A program made the position numbers and the translations under genes. The notes beneath the pieces are model-generated. The model saw only the letters and a program-made list of their open reading frames with translations. It ran no database searches and was not told where the DNA came from. From Paraspadella gotoi (Eukaryota; Animalia; Chaetognatha), in the NCBI GenBank assembly GCA_051294375.1, contig CM119268.1, positions 13,713,037 through 13,777,036 on the forward strand: a DNA stretch of 64,000 bases, given 5' to 3'. Every line of letters starts with the position of its first letter. Position 1 is the first letter of the stretch. This document shows, piece after piece, positions 12,900-26,607 of the stretch.

Positions 12900-13741
12900 A
12901 AAATAAGTTATTCGTGCAATGGAAATGAAAGGAAAGGAAAGGAAAAGGAAAGAGAAGAGGAAGAGAAAGAGAGAAGTGGAACATTTTTTACAAAAATGTG
13001 GGAGAAGTATTGAAGAAAAAACTTGAGGAACTTTCGATAGTGTAGTTTTAAAAATAATAAGATAAATTATGATAATGAAAGTGGGAGAAATTTCATACAG
13101 TCAGCTCCTTGTATTGTGATGCAGTTAAATAATATTATATCTCTGAATTAATATGGAAGACGGGTACTTACTCTGAGATGGACCATTGAACCCGCCATTG
13201 CCTGTCTATTGACCAACGTCAGAATCAAAGTAGCTTGCTTTTCGTATTAGTTTTACCAATTTCATAAAGATAAAAGGAAATCACGAACCGAAAAAAAGGG
13301 GAAAACAATTCTTTATGACGACAGAAGGAAAATAAAAGGAAAAAAAGATAATTGGAAATTGGGAGGAAAACGAAGGAATGAAAACTGGCGAAAGAAAATG
13401 AAGTAAAATTGAGAAGAAAAAGAAGAAAATTGGAAGATGTAGCGAAGAAATAGAAAAGAAAATGATAAAAAAAAAAATTGGGAAAAGTAAGAAAAAAAAT
13501 GAATGAAATCTTTTCTGCACGCTGATATCTTTTCGCGTAGAATTTTTCTTTTTTGAAAATATTTTTTTAAAGTAATCTCCTCCGGTATTATTAATACGGA
13601 TTTGAGTTATTTTTTTAATTCAGAAAGTCAAAGTGTAATATTTTTTCTATCGCCCAATTTTTCCGTTCCGAAAATTAATACCGCAAAAAAACTAATTTTC
13701 CCTCATCTTATATCGATCGATATATTTCGAAGACATCATTG

Positions 13742-13871
<130 letters not shown>

Positions 13872-16183
13872 CGTTTTTAATTCCATTCGTTCCACCTACG
13901 TACGGTATGGCTCGCCGCTAATAACCGCGCGACGCAAAATCCCTTTAGCCTTTTATGCAATTTTCTCTTCGTTTGACAAACGAGGTAAACCTCGGAAACG
14001 CGAGAGGGAAAGAGGGGGGGAGGAAAGGGGGGAGAAAAAGAGGGGGGAGGGGCGGAGAAGGATCGTCGAGGGAAAGAGAACTCGCGAAAATGTGTTGACG
14101 ATCTTTCTTTCTTTTTTTTTTTCTTTTTTTGGCAAAGAACCGCCCTCTAATAACTCTTCTCTTTTTTCAAAATAACTCTTTTCTTTCCTCTCTCTTTTCT
14201 TTTAACAACTCTTATCTTTCTTCTCCGCTTTCCGCTGAAACTATTATCTTTTCTCTCTCCCCTTTTCCTTAAGTCATCTTGGCCAACTTACCCAAAGACT
14301 TTATCTCAATTCGCCAATTTTTCGAAGCTCATTCTATCAACAAATCACGAACTTAAGTAAACTTTATATTTTCCAGTNNNNNNNNNNNNNNNNNNNNNNN
14401 NNNNNNNNNNNNNNNNNNNNNNNNNNNNNNNNNNNNNNNNNNNNNNNNNNNNNNNNNNNNNNNNNNNNNNNNNNNNNNNNNNNNNNNNNNNNNNNNNNNN
14501 NNNNNNNNNNNNNNNNNNNNNNNNNNNNNNNNNNNNNNNNNNNNNNNNNNNNNNNNNNNNNNNNNNNNNNNNNNNNNNNNNNNNNNNACGAACAAATTTA
14601 TCGTGAGAGAGAAAAGTGTTTGACCGTGAAACCAAAACATCGGGGAAATTGAGACGAACGACGGAAAGAAAAGGAAGGGATGAGTAAGGAGGGGGGGGCG
14701 TTACCTGGATTTCCTCAATTTCAGCCATTTGTTATGATGAATATCTAGTTTAAAGTATCAATCTCCGCTAAAAAAAAATTACATTTAGAACAAAAAACCA
14801 CGAATTGGCTATGAATTGCTAAGATTGACAAGTTCCTGGAGGCTAAATTGAGGGAATAAAAACATCTGCGGAGCGACAGTACGGAATCGATGAAAAACAG
14901 AGGAAACGATCTCAAAACACCGAGAAAACATTTAGTCCGAAAAGGATTTTTAAAAAAATTTAAAAAGCACCCGGGGAGATCCAAGCGAAAACACTGCCAG
15001 ACTTGGCGAACGTAAATCACTTTTTTTTTNNNNNNNNNNNNNNNNNNNNNNNNNNNNNNNNNNNNNNNNNNNNNNNNNNNNNNNNNNNNNNNNNNNNNNN
15101 NNNNNNNNNNNNNNNNNNNNNNNNNNNNNNNNNNNNNNNNNNNNNNNNNNNNNNNNNNNNNNNNNNNNNNNNNNNNNNNNNNNNNNNNNNNNNNNNNNNN
15201 NNNNNNNNNNNNNNNNNNNNNNNNNNNNNNNNNNNNNNNNNNNNTTTTTTTGTTTTGTTTTGTTTTGTTTTTTGTAATGTTTTCGGTTTAATTTTTCGAC
15301 ATAATTTTCAGTTTAACAATGGTATAAGTTACAACTTTAAAAACTGAGGAGGACAAAAATATTCTCACGACCCTAAATTTTTTACCTGCAACAAAGAAAC
15401 TGGTCTCTTTCTCCTCCGATTCGTTTCGCTTCGATCAAACTTACCTTCTCTTATAAAAAAAAATAAATCGATATAAAAAAGGCGACGATAAAAGTAATTG
15501 AATCTCAGCGCAGCTTAGGTCTTCTACTCGATTTTTTTTCATCGAATTCGCCAAAAATAAATTTTCTCCTTCGAAGCTTCAATTCTTCTCTCTTTCGTCC
15601 TTCCTTTCTTTTTTCTCTTTCTCTCTATCTCCTCTTTTCTTTTTTTATTTCTTCCTTCCTTTATTTTTCCTCTTTCTCTCTATCTCCTATTTTCTTTTTT
15701 TCTTTCTTCCTTCCTTTCTTTTTTCTCCTTCCCTTTATATACTCTTTTCTTTTTCTTTCAACCTTCCTTTTTTTTCTCCTTCCCTCTATCTTCTCTTTTC
15801 TTTTTTATTTTTCTTTCACATTTCACATTTTCTTTTTCGTATTCCTTTTCTTTACTCTTTTCTTTCCTTCGCTTTTCTTCTTCATCCGTACTTATCTTTC
15901 CGTCAGTTTTTCGTATTTGATTTCCTTTCTTTTTCGCCTCTCTTTTCTCCTGTCTGCTATTTCCTTTTATTTCTCTTACTACCTTCCAACACTTTCTTTT
16001 CATTCCTCCCCTTTTCTTGCTTCGCATCACTCTCGCCCACTTAGTTTCCCGCTTTATAATGTTCTCTCTTTTAAGTGATGCCGTTTACTTCGAACTTTCT
16101 TCTTCAGTTGACTTGAAAGTTTTTCTATTTTTTGTGTTCGTTCCATATTTCTACCCTCAATCCTTTTTTCTCTTTTTTTTCCC

Positions 16184-16279
<96 letters not shown>

Positions 16280-16693
16280 ATTTTCTTTCCTCCTTTTTTT
16301 TCTTTCTCTTTCTTCTTTAATTCGTTCTTTCGATCTTTTCTTTTTTTTTCTTTCTTTCTTACTTTCTTTTTTCCAGTTATCGCTTTTTTTCCCCTTCAAA
16401 ATTCACTTTTCCTTTACGATTCACTCTACATTCACTTCACTCTCTCACTCGAACCTCTCACAACTCGCTTCCCCATCCCCGCCTAAACCTCGAGGGCGTG
16501 ATTTTCGCGAGCGGGATTCGTTTCACCGTCGAAGGCTGCGTGCGACCGCACGAGTGCGCGTTCGACCGAATGGCAACGCATGCAATCAAATCTGCACGTG
16601 AAAAAAAAAGAACGATCTAATTTTGAGTTAAATTTTTTTTCCTAATCTAATTTATATTCGAAGTTTTGATGATCGTTGTCGTGAAAAATCTCA

Positions 16694-16726
<33 letters not shown>

Positions 16727-17273
16727 NNNNNNNNNNNNNNNNNNNNNNNNNNNNNNNNNNNNNNNNNNNNNNNNNNNNNNNNNNNNNNNNNNNNNNNNNN
16801 NNNNNNNNNNNNNNNNNNNNNNNNNNNNNNNNNNNNNNNNNNNNNNNNNNNNNNNNNNNNNNNNNNNNNNNNNNNNNNNNNNNNNNNNNNNNNNNNNNNN
16901 NNNNNNNNNNNNNNNNNNNNNNNNNNNNNNNNNNNNNNNNNNNNNNNNNNNNNNNNNNNNNNNNNNNNNNNNNNNNNNNNNNNNNNNTGGTCCGTGGGTT
17001 GAATGTGGAAGGTCGAATTGTGGGTGGAAAGTTTACAGGGAAAAACGCGATGGTCGGTTTGGAGAAAAAAAAAAACATGGCAAGGTCGCTGATTGAAGTG
17101 AGTTTCCGCCGTGTTGAGCGCAAAGTTAAATGATTTTTGTTCTTCATGTAATTTGATTTGCGAAAGCGGCTCACCAAAGATTTGTTGATTTTGAGAATCG
17201 ATCTCCAGCATTTTTCTCGCTTCGCTCTCTCTCTCTCTCTCTACTCTCTCTCTTCTCTCTCTCTCTCTCCTCT

Positions 17274-17311
<38 letters not shown>

Positions 17312-17691
17312 TCCTCTCTCTCTCTCCCTCGTCCGGTAAGTGACGTCAGCGATGGGTCGATCATTGTTTATGGTTGCCTTGACGACGATCTTTGAGCGAA
17401 ACAATAAAAGGAAAGTCGGAAGTGGGTGGCGAAATCGACAGAGATGACGAAGACGGAAAACGAGGAAAGAGAAAAAACCCTTTGAGAGCGACCAAGATGT
17501 CACACGTCACAAAGACATCGATGTGAGTATTTGTAAATTATTAGTGAAAGTGAAACCAATGTTTGATGTTCGTTGAATTCGGTAAAAAACTCGGTTGTGT
17601 TTGGTTTAGTCGGTTTCGTTGATTCAGGAAGTTTTATTCGGTTGAGTTTCTTTTTATTCACTTTCTTCTCCATAGTACGTAAACTTATCAT

Positions 17692-17930
17692 CTCTGTCCT
17701 TATTATCTTTTCTCAAAAGACTTTTCTAATTTCTTCGCTCATTTCTCTTATCTCTCTTTCTCTTTCTTCTCCTCTCTGTCCTTATTATCTTTTCTCAAAA
17801 GACTTTTCTATTTTCTTCCCTCATTTCTCTTATCTCTCTTTCTCTTTCTTCTCCTCTCTGTCCTTCTTATCTTTTCTCAAAAGACTTTTCTAATTTCTTC
17901 GCTCATTTCTCTTATCTCTCTTTCTCTCTC
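17692..17930. repeat. About 82-bp pyrimidine-rich tandem repeat, about 3 copies
   Basis: ctctgtcctt.ttatcttttctcaaaagacttttcta recurs at about 17692, 17774 and 17856. Confidence 0.8.
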
Positions 17931-18293
17931 ACCTCCTATCTCTTTATTTGCTTCTTCTTTCATCGCTATTTTCTTTTCCCAAATATTTTTTTCTTTCCTT
18001 TCCTCTCCCTTTTTTCTCTTTTTCCTTTTCTTTCCTCTTCTCACATCTGTTTCTTTCTCTCCTTCCATCTCTATTCTTGTCTCCTCTCTCTTATCTTCTG
18101 CTCGTTAATTCTTCTTCCTCTCTCCTTCTTTCGCTTTTCACTTTCTCTCCATCCATCTTCTTCTACCCTCCCTCTTTCCTTCCCCCGTTTTCGGACTTCC
18201 CCTCCGCCCAACAGGTGCGGCGTTTCCATTTTGAGGCTTTTATGTCTGCCGTTCCTTCGATCCATTAACCGCTGTCGAACGACGAATTTTTGG

Positions 18294-18307
18294 GTTGCCA
18301 TGGAAAC
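18294..18307. promoter_or_regulatory. RFX X-box-like motif (related sites at 1391-1404, 12695-12708, 17373-17386, 58985-58998)
   Basis: gttgccatggaaac is close to the palindromic GTTGCCATGGCAAC consensus. Confidence 0.4.
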
Positions 18308-19002
18308 CGGAGGGCTCGCCGTTTTCGATCACGTGACCCGATTCCATCTGAGAATCGATTTTATTTGGGCTCCCGACATTCGACCCTCTTCCATTAGCAT
18401 CGGGTTTTGTCAGAAGAAGTTTTGTCGGAAGAAGTTTTTTCCTTTTTTTTTGCGAACTTGATACGAACAAAACGCCGTTCTTATAATTTACGAATAACAT
18501 CAAACAATGAAAAAAAGAATGATAACTTTAATAATATGATATTAATAATAGTAGATACAAATCTTTACCAGGCTTTGTCCCTTAAAGAATTACATTCATA
18601 AACATTGCTACATAATAAACTATAATTATAATCATTAACCATCATTAATACCACGAATCCACTAAAGAGACTATGTAATGGGCAAATGGTCAGCAACAAT
18701 CAGGCTCAAGGCCAAGTCAGGCAAGCCCTCTCTTTTCTCGCAACTCATCCAGAAGAAAACAATTATCTGGCAGGAATTAAAAGTTCTCCCCTTGGAAAGC
18801 CAGTCCCCTTTTAGACCCCAACCCGACCAGGCCATTCCCCCGCCCCCCGGGTGGCCGGCCCTAAATCTCCGCCCCCTTTTCATCGCCGATAGCCGTTCAT
18901 TTGGACCTCGTACGCCCGACGCACTTTCTTTCTTTATTAGCGGTCACGAGGTCCGTCCAACTCCGATGTCGAGACCTTTGCTCGTTTGGCGTCACGTGAC
19001 GA

Positions 19003-19148
<146 letters not shown>

Positions 19149-19925
19149 ATCTTCTCTCTCCCCATGTTTATCACCTCCCGAGATTTTTCTCCATTACGCG
19201 GAATTCGGGCGACGAACGAAATTCTCGCGAGGACATAAACAAGAGGGAAACGATTTCGACGCTGCTGCCCTCTTTCCACCTCTTTCCACTTCTTTCCAAC
19301 TCTTTCCACTTCTTTCCTCCCCTTTCCTTTTTTTTTCTGCAACTCCTCAAGATATTTTATACCTCCTTCAATATCCATATCGGGACTGACTTCCTTCCTT
19401 CCACTTTCACTGCTAAACCTAACCAATAGACTCCACATTTTTTTCTCGGCCACAGAAGGAGAATCAGACTGCAGCGGCGGCCGCGGCGCCGGCGGCGGTC
19501 ATTGCTCGCGCAGAAAGAAAACGACTTTTGATTCGGTTCGATAGGAAGCATCGGAGAAAGGAAGTAACTACATAGTCTACAATGCGCAATCGTAAGTTAG
19601 ATGTTTGAATTCAAAAACGATGTTTCTCATTTCTGAATAAAAGTATGTCACTTCAAAAATTATAAGGTCCCTATTTATCTTCAGTCCAACGATCTTCTGA
19701 TTCGATAATAAATTTTGGGTTTTTTTTTTATACAAAAGTAACTATTACATTTAATGCATCTACGGCAATCCTTATCTTCATTTTAGTGCAGATTTATTGA
19801 TTCACGTTGTCTCACTCCACACTCACAATTCTCTCACCCCGCGAGACTCTCACCGTCTGCTCCTTCGCCCTCCGTCCACTAAGCTCCTCGCGCTGACTTA
19901 GAGATAAAGAGCCATCTGGTTCGGA

Positions 19926-19958
<33 letters not shown>

Positions 19959-20270
19959 CATCAGCGTTGACGTCGTCGTCTCGCGGAGTGTACGAATTTA
20001 AAATGAAAGTGTTGTTGTTTACATTTATGGCGAAAGTCTGTCGTGGATGGGCGAACCGCGTGCATAACTTTCGCCGCCGCCGCAGCCGCCGCCGCCGTCG
20101 CAGCCGCAGCCTAACGACTCCTACTTCGCTTAGACGCTGCCTATTTTTTTTTCCGACATCGTCGTCGTTATCGTCTTTTTTTAAATTTCGTCGTTGTCGT
20201 CGTCGCGTCTTGTTGTTCTAGTGATTCCTATTCCTCAGCATTGCTGCTGTCCTCGCCAAAGATCGCTTTC

Positions 20271-20517
20271 AATGTCATTAGCTATCCATGGTATATCCTT
20301 TATTTTCGTTGTTGTATAGAGATTTACAAAGAATTTTGAATTGTTACAACGATTTTATTATGATTAAATTGCAGACATGTTTCGACTCTGAGATTTTCGA
20401 GTCTTCATCAGCGCTTATTGACAGTTGTGAAAATCTCAGAGACGAAACATGTCTGCAATTTAATCATAATAGAATCGTTGTAACAATTCAAAAATTCTTT
20501 GTAAATGTCATTAGCTA
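20271..20517. mobile_element. Short palindromic Penelope-derived insertion with a 14-bp flanking direct repeat
   Basis: About 77-bp near-perfect inverted arms (20322-20398 / 20429-20506). aatgtcattagcta occurs at 20271-20284 and 20504-20517. Contains the hammerhead motif. Confidence 0.7.
20371..20414 (-). ncRNA. Minimal type I hammerhead ribozyme motif (Penelope-like-element type)
   Basis: gcg CUGAUGA a GACUC gaaaaucuca GAGUC GAA ACAUGU C ugc: intact core, 5-bp stem II, palindromic stem III, GUC site and 3-bp stem I. Confidence 0.65.
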
Positions 20518-21284
20518 AAATTCTTCAACGTCAGCAACGAAGACATTTTTAGGAAATAATCGAAAATCCGAAGTCACTTTCTCCGTTATGTCGATGACTC
20601 TATCAGTATATATCCCCTATCACAATCCTTCTCTCACTCCCTCTCACAGTTATCATGGCCTTTCGAGTTCGTCGAGAGGAACCCGTCGCCAACATCCTCG
20701 TCGTCGCCTCCAACGACGCAGACGTCGCCTCTGCAAACGAGAACCACGGCGTCGCTCGTTTATCTTAAGTCGGACAACGACGACGACGACAACGACGACG
20801 AGGACGACGACGACGACGAGGACAACGAGGCCGCCATTCCCGCCAATGACGTCGTTTGTCTTCGTGTACCTGTCTCTTTCTAATCGATCAATACACACAT
20901 TACATCTATTGCCAACTCATAACAAAGGCCACTCTTTTTGTATAGTACTACTTAGTTCTTATTAACCATAATTTCTCATTTTCGTTAATCTAAAAAAAAA
21001 AAAATTGAGTTTAAAAAACCAAAACCTCAGCTCTGATCCCGATCCAAATATTTTTTCCCTTCCTTTTTATTTCCTTTTCTTTCCCTGAGCGCCTTACCCT
21101 TTCCCAACGCTGCAACTGCTGAATTTATTCCCCATCTCCGAATAAACCATTTCCTTCTGTCCTTTTTCCCCCCTCTCTCCCTTTGCTCCTCGCCACGTGG
21201 TCACTTTTTCAGCCGAGCTCATATTTCGGGTCATTTATTGGATTTTCCGCTTTTTCTCTCCGCGGTGACGAAGGGAAAACCTCA

Positions 21285-21347
<63 letters not shown>

Positions 21348-21379
21348 CTTCTACTTCTTCTCTCTCTGACTATCAGTTT

Positions 21380-21434
<55 letters not shown>

Positions 21435-21847
21435 AATGCGGTTTTCGTTAAATGATGGCGCCGAGTTTATTCTCCTGCCAAATTAGAAACAGGACTGCGT
21501 GGCATCGAAAGAATTGGCGTTGGCGCGAGCGTATTGGCGCGGCGTCAAGAGAATTGGCTAAGCTTAAAAAGAAATTGGCTTTGCCGTGAGCGTATTGGCG
21601 CAGCTTCAACGACAACTGGCGCAGTTTAAACAAAATTGGCGCGGTTGAAAAGAGATTCCCCGTGTTCGCAATGATAAAAAGCAGAGACTGGGGAAAAATA
21701 CCCCACAACGTCTGGCTCCTCGCTTTGTGTCGGCGTCGCCTCATTATTTACATGCAAATTTTCTCTTCCAACGGCGGCGTTCTTTTGTTTTCAGGCGCCG
21801 CTTTGCTGATGACGCCGACTTTGAAAGATCCATTGACGCCGCTCGGG

Positions 21848-22560
21848 TTTTTAGCCGCATCTGCTTACAGCAGATACCGGCTCTATAATTCACTTTGTCG
21901 GTCAGTCTGTCCGTCGGTCCCACCCCAAAATCTTGTCGGTAAAACACCTACATCATCTCAAAATATCGAATTATGATAAATTATGCAAAAAAATTTCTTT
22001 CCGTCCGTCCGTCTGTCTGTCTTTCCGTCCGTCCGTCCGTCCGTCTGTCCGTCCATCTGTCCGTCAGTCCGTCAGTCCGTCAGTCCGTCAGTCCGTCCGT
22101 CCGTCCGTTCCTCCCTCGTTAGCTTTTAACGCCAATTACTCATGAGTGGGCTAGGCGATTGACTTGAAATTTTGTATCTGGGTAGAAAAGTGTGTGATTG
22201 AGCAGGAAATCAAGTTTCGATGGAATCGTCCAAGTGGAAATGAGTTAAAATGAAAAAAACAATCTATTTCATTAATTCATTATGTTTTTTTTTCTTTTTA
22301 TATTAAATGTAAATTCAAGCTGCATCAATTAATTATTGATAAATTAGGAATTAATTAATTATTAATTATTTTTTATTAATTATTTTATTAATTAATTTTG
22401 TGATCGAGTTTGTTTTTTTGTGTTTGAGTGGCGAAACAGTGGAAAACTATTTTGACGCGAATACAAAAATTAATATTAATTAATTATTTAATTTATTAAT
22501 TAATTAATTATCTGATCAGCTGCTTACAGTTAATGATCGTGGGCAGATCCGGCATTGTTT
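21848..22560 (+). mobile_element. Non-autonomous Helentron/DINE-1-like (HINE) element
   Basis: 5' ttttag plus hairpin ccgcatctgc-ttaca-gcagataccgg, internal (gtcc/gtct)n array, ttgaaattttg block, and a matching subterminal gcagatccgg before the 3' ttgttt. Confidence 0.55.
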
Positions 22561-23648
22561 GTTCAAACTTTTTTATTTAGAATCGGCGTTCTCCATTTCT
22601 CATCCAACGCCTTTAATGGCGAGAAGTTAATGTTAATTTACTGGAAAATATTTTTTATTGTGGGCACTGGGCAGGTTGGATTTATATTTAAAAGGTTCTT
22701 GTGAGTTGTGTGGTAATGATAAATATTTATTTAAATTTTACCGTCAACTTATTTCCACCACTATTTTAACTACAAGTAAGATTAAAGTTATATTTCTCTG
22801 AATTTAACGGAGAAATAAACAAACAGCACAAAGATAGTAAATCTAATTTAGTAATCTAGTCGATCTCAATAATTATAAAATTATTAAAGTTTACGTAAAA
22901 CCAACAAGAAGAATTAATACAAGAGAAGCAGTCGTATATTCGTGTTTTACGTATAAATTTTGTGTGTCTTTAATTTTTATTTATTTTTTTAAATTATTTA
23001 ATTGTACTTAGTATAAGCGGAACGAAGATCAATTGAACAAAACAAAATATAAGTCGGAAATTAAAACTTATAAAAAAATAACTTTTTGCAACGATTTCAA
23101 TCAACGACGAATTTACTTGCGGTGGCGCAGCGTCAGCGTCTTCCGTCTCGACGGCGTCACGCCAACGGCCGCTCTTTTATTTTTCTTCTCCGCGTCATTG
23201 ATTTCTTCATATCACTTGGGGATGAGATGAAGAGGAAGGGAAAGCGGAGAGAGAGGAAGGTAGAAGGGAAGGAACAGGAATAAAATGCGAGGATAGGAAT
23301 GGAAGGCAGAATTGGAATGATAAGGAAAGAAAATAGAAACATACGGAGGCAAGAAGAGGTGAACGGGAGGATAGGTACAAAGAATCATAGTAGACAATAG
23401 TAGACAATGATAGTAGATAGAAAAAGAAAAGTAAGAAAAGAAAAGGAAGGTGGGAACGATCGAGACTGGGAAAGAGAGGCAAAGTGAAGGGAATAAAAAA
23501 GAAAAGGAGGGAAGGAAATCGCTGAAAGCGAAAAAGGAAAGAAGATGAAGAGTCTTCGTTAATAATTGACTAGATGGCGCTCGGATGTTGATGGCGGAGA
23601 TTAAATGAGGTTGGAGGGCGAGAGAATTTTCGACGAGGACGTTGTTTA

Positions 23649-23705
<57 letters not shown>

Positions 23706-25729
23706 TTGACGTTAACAACGATGCCGACGGAGGGAATATGAAAAATGGCGCGAGAATCATTTATAGGCTGCCTGGCGGTCTCTCTCTCTCTCTCTCTCTC
23801 TNNNNNNNNNNNNNNNNNNNNNNNNNNNNNNNNNNNNNNNNNNNNNNNNNNNNNNNNNNNNNNNNNNNNNNNNNNNNNNNNNNNNNNNNNNNNNNNNNNN
23901 NNNNNNNNNNNNNNNNNNNNNNNNNNNNNNNNNNNNNNNNNNNNNNNNNNNNNNNNNNCATATCCTTTCTTTCTCGCCCCTTTGATTTTGTGATCGATCG
24001 ATGAACCAGGAGCCTTAGGTTTCGATCGCTGGGAGTCGTCGTCTTTATCGTCGTCGTCTTCGTCGTCATCATCCTTGGGGTCGTCGATATCCTCAAGTTT
24101 TCACTTCACTTCTCTTCTATTATTTTCGTTTATTTATAATTAGTTTTCCTTTTTACAGCGTTTTTTTACCGGCGCTTGTAAAATTGTCACCATGTATGCC
24201 TTGTTAGAAAACTAATTTTTAATAATTACAAGTGAAACGCACAAACTTTTCAAATACAATCATTGACAATTCGTCATAAAAGAAACGGCAGGTGAAAAGA
24301 ACAAAACACAGCGATGACGACGACGACGACGACGACGATAACGCCGTCGTCGTTGAAAAATACGATAAATGAGACGACAGCGACGGAAAGAAAATCGATA
24401 CAACGGGAGGAGAAAAGGAAAAAAGAAAGAGAAAAGAAAAACAGGGAAAACAAAAGGGAAGTCGAAGATAAGAAAAACAAAAACAGGAAGAAAAACAGAA
24501 GAGAATTGGTAGTTGGACCAAATTGAGCGTGACAACCCAGACAGGAGGCAAAAAAGCGCGAGGAAGAAGAGANNNNNNNNNNNNNNNNNNNNNNNNNNNN
24601 NNNNNNNNNNNNNNNNNNNNNNNNNNNNNNNNNNNNNNNNNNNNNNNNNNNNNNNNNNNNNNNNNNNNNNNNNNNNNNNNNNNNNNNNNNNNNNNNNNNN
24701 NNNNNTTTATGTTTTATGTCAGTCTGTTGATGCCAAAGGTCCCATTTTGTCCATAAGCTCTCTCGTCAGTTTGCACTGAAATCGCGTGACGTTTCGATGA
24801 AGAAAGAATTAATTTTGCAATTAAAATTTTATAAGCAAAGACAATTTTCTGATTTCAGATATAGACTGACAGAAAGAGAGACAAAAAAAATGAAGACAAG
24901 CAGTCAGAAAATTTATCACCAGACAGACAGTAAGCCAGATCGACAGACAAATAGACAGATGGAGAGCGAGACGAATTCCTAGTGGGATGAATCGACAACA
25001 AGATTCCTGCTTCGTATCCGCGACCGAGAGACTCGAGCCATCAGCGCCGTTAGCCTCCATCCATTCTCGTTTCGCTCGCNNNNNNNNNNNNNNNNNNNNN
25101 NNNNNNNNNNNNNNNNNNNNNNNNNNNNNNNNNNNNNNNNNNNNNNNNNNNNNNNNNNNNNNNNNNNNNNNNNNNNNNNNNNNNNNNNNNNNNNNNNNNG
25201 AGAGAGACCGGGGGTATTCACGCTGATCCGTCGCACTGGAGATGAATGGAAATCTAACGGCGGAGGAAGAGAGCGAGACAAAGGGACAAGGGACAAGGGA
25301 CATGGAAAGGGCTGAGCGAGACACGCTTCGTCCTTTTTCAGAGGAGAGTCACTGTCGATCAAAATGTATCAAAACTATCAAAATTATTATTTAGCGGAAT
25401 ACAAAGAAAACCTGTCAGTTCTTCGGACAACCGTGAACATTGTTCACTGAACAATGTACACTGAACATAGCAACCGAGTCAAAAGTGTGTGAGACGGTGG
25501 TGGTGATGAGATCGCACTCCTGGGTTAGCGTCACCTCTTTACACCCCCCCCGGTCCCCCCCCACCCCGCCCAAAAAAAAGAGAAAAATTGAGCGAAAAAA
25601 AAAAAAGATCTTTCCGTTGAATCGTTTGTTTCACGCTCTCGACAAAATTCGCGGCCATAAAAAGGTCTCTTTTGTGAAAAAAAGTCATCTATAAAAACGG
25701 AGAGATGAGAGCATTGAGAGAGAGAGAGA

Positions 25730-25773
<44 letters not shown>

Positions 25774-26569
25774 ATGAGAGAGAGGGAGAGAAGAGAAAGC
25801 TGGGGCAAAAGGAGGCCAGAGGAGGAGAAAACATTAGAATGACTCGTTAAAGTAGTTGAGAGAGAGAGGGAGATGCGAGAAAAGTAAATGGTACGAGAAA
25901 AATAGCCCGGAGAGATAAGTTAAGGAGGAAAAAATGAGAGAAAAAGAAAGGATAAGAAAAAATAAGCTTAGGTAGTGAAAGAGTAGTCAAAATAAGAATT
26001 TTGAATAATTTGTGTAGCGGAAGTCAGTTGGTTTAAATTTTAAGTATAAGAATAAATACGAAAAATGTAATTTCGTAAAAAAAACAAAAAACAAAAAAAC
26101 AAAAAAAAAAAAAATAGCTATCAGATAAAATCTTTAGAAATAAATTTTATAGAATTTGAAATAAATTCTTAATGCCTCGAGGAATATGTATCATATTTTA
26201 AGTTAAAAGATCATAAAAGGTCAAAGAATTGTTAGGTTTATATTTATAATTCCCACGGATTTTGGCAAGTAGAAAAGAAGAAAGGATCAACAGCAACAAG
26301 AGATTACTTCAGGGGAGAGGAGACGATAGAGAAAGGATAAGCAGAGAAAGATGAGAGAGAGAGGAGGAGCAGAGAGAGAGAAGAGAGAGAGAGAGAGATG
26401 AGATAGAGAAAGGAAGAGAGAGAGAGAGAGAGAGAAACAAGAACTAGAGGGCATAGAGCGGAAGAAGGCAGAAAGCAATTCTTGGTTCTTACCGTGACCT
26501 GAGGGGTTTTTTTGTCCATGCACTTTTATCATCGGGCCATTAATAAATCATCGGAAGTAGAGACGATGA

Positions 26570-26607
<38 letters not shown>

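Noticed and set aside
13100-13230. tRNA gene or tRNA-derived SINE (ggttcaa B-box-like, minus strand; a 22-mer shared with about 52585)
   Set aside because: No cloverleaf or clear A-box could be built. At most an old repeat fragment.
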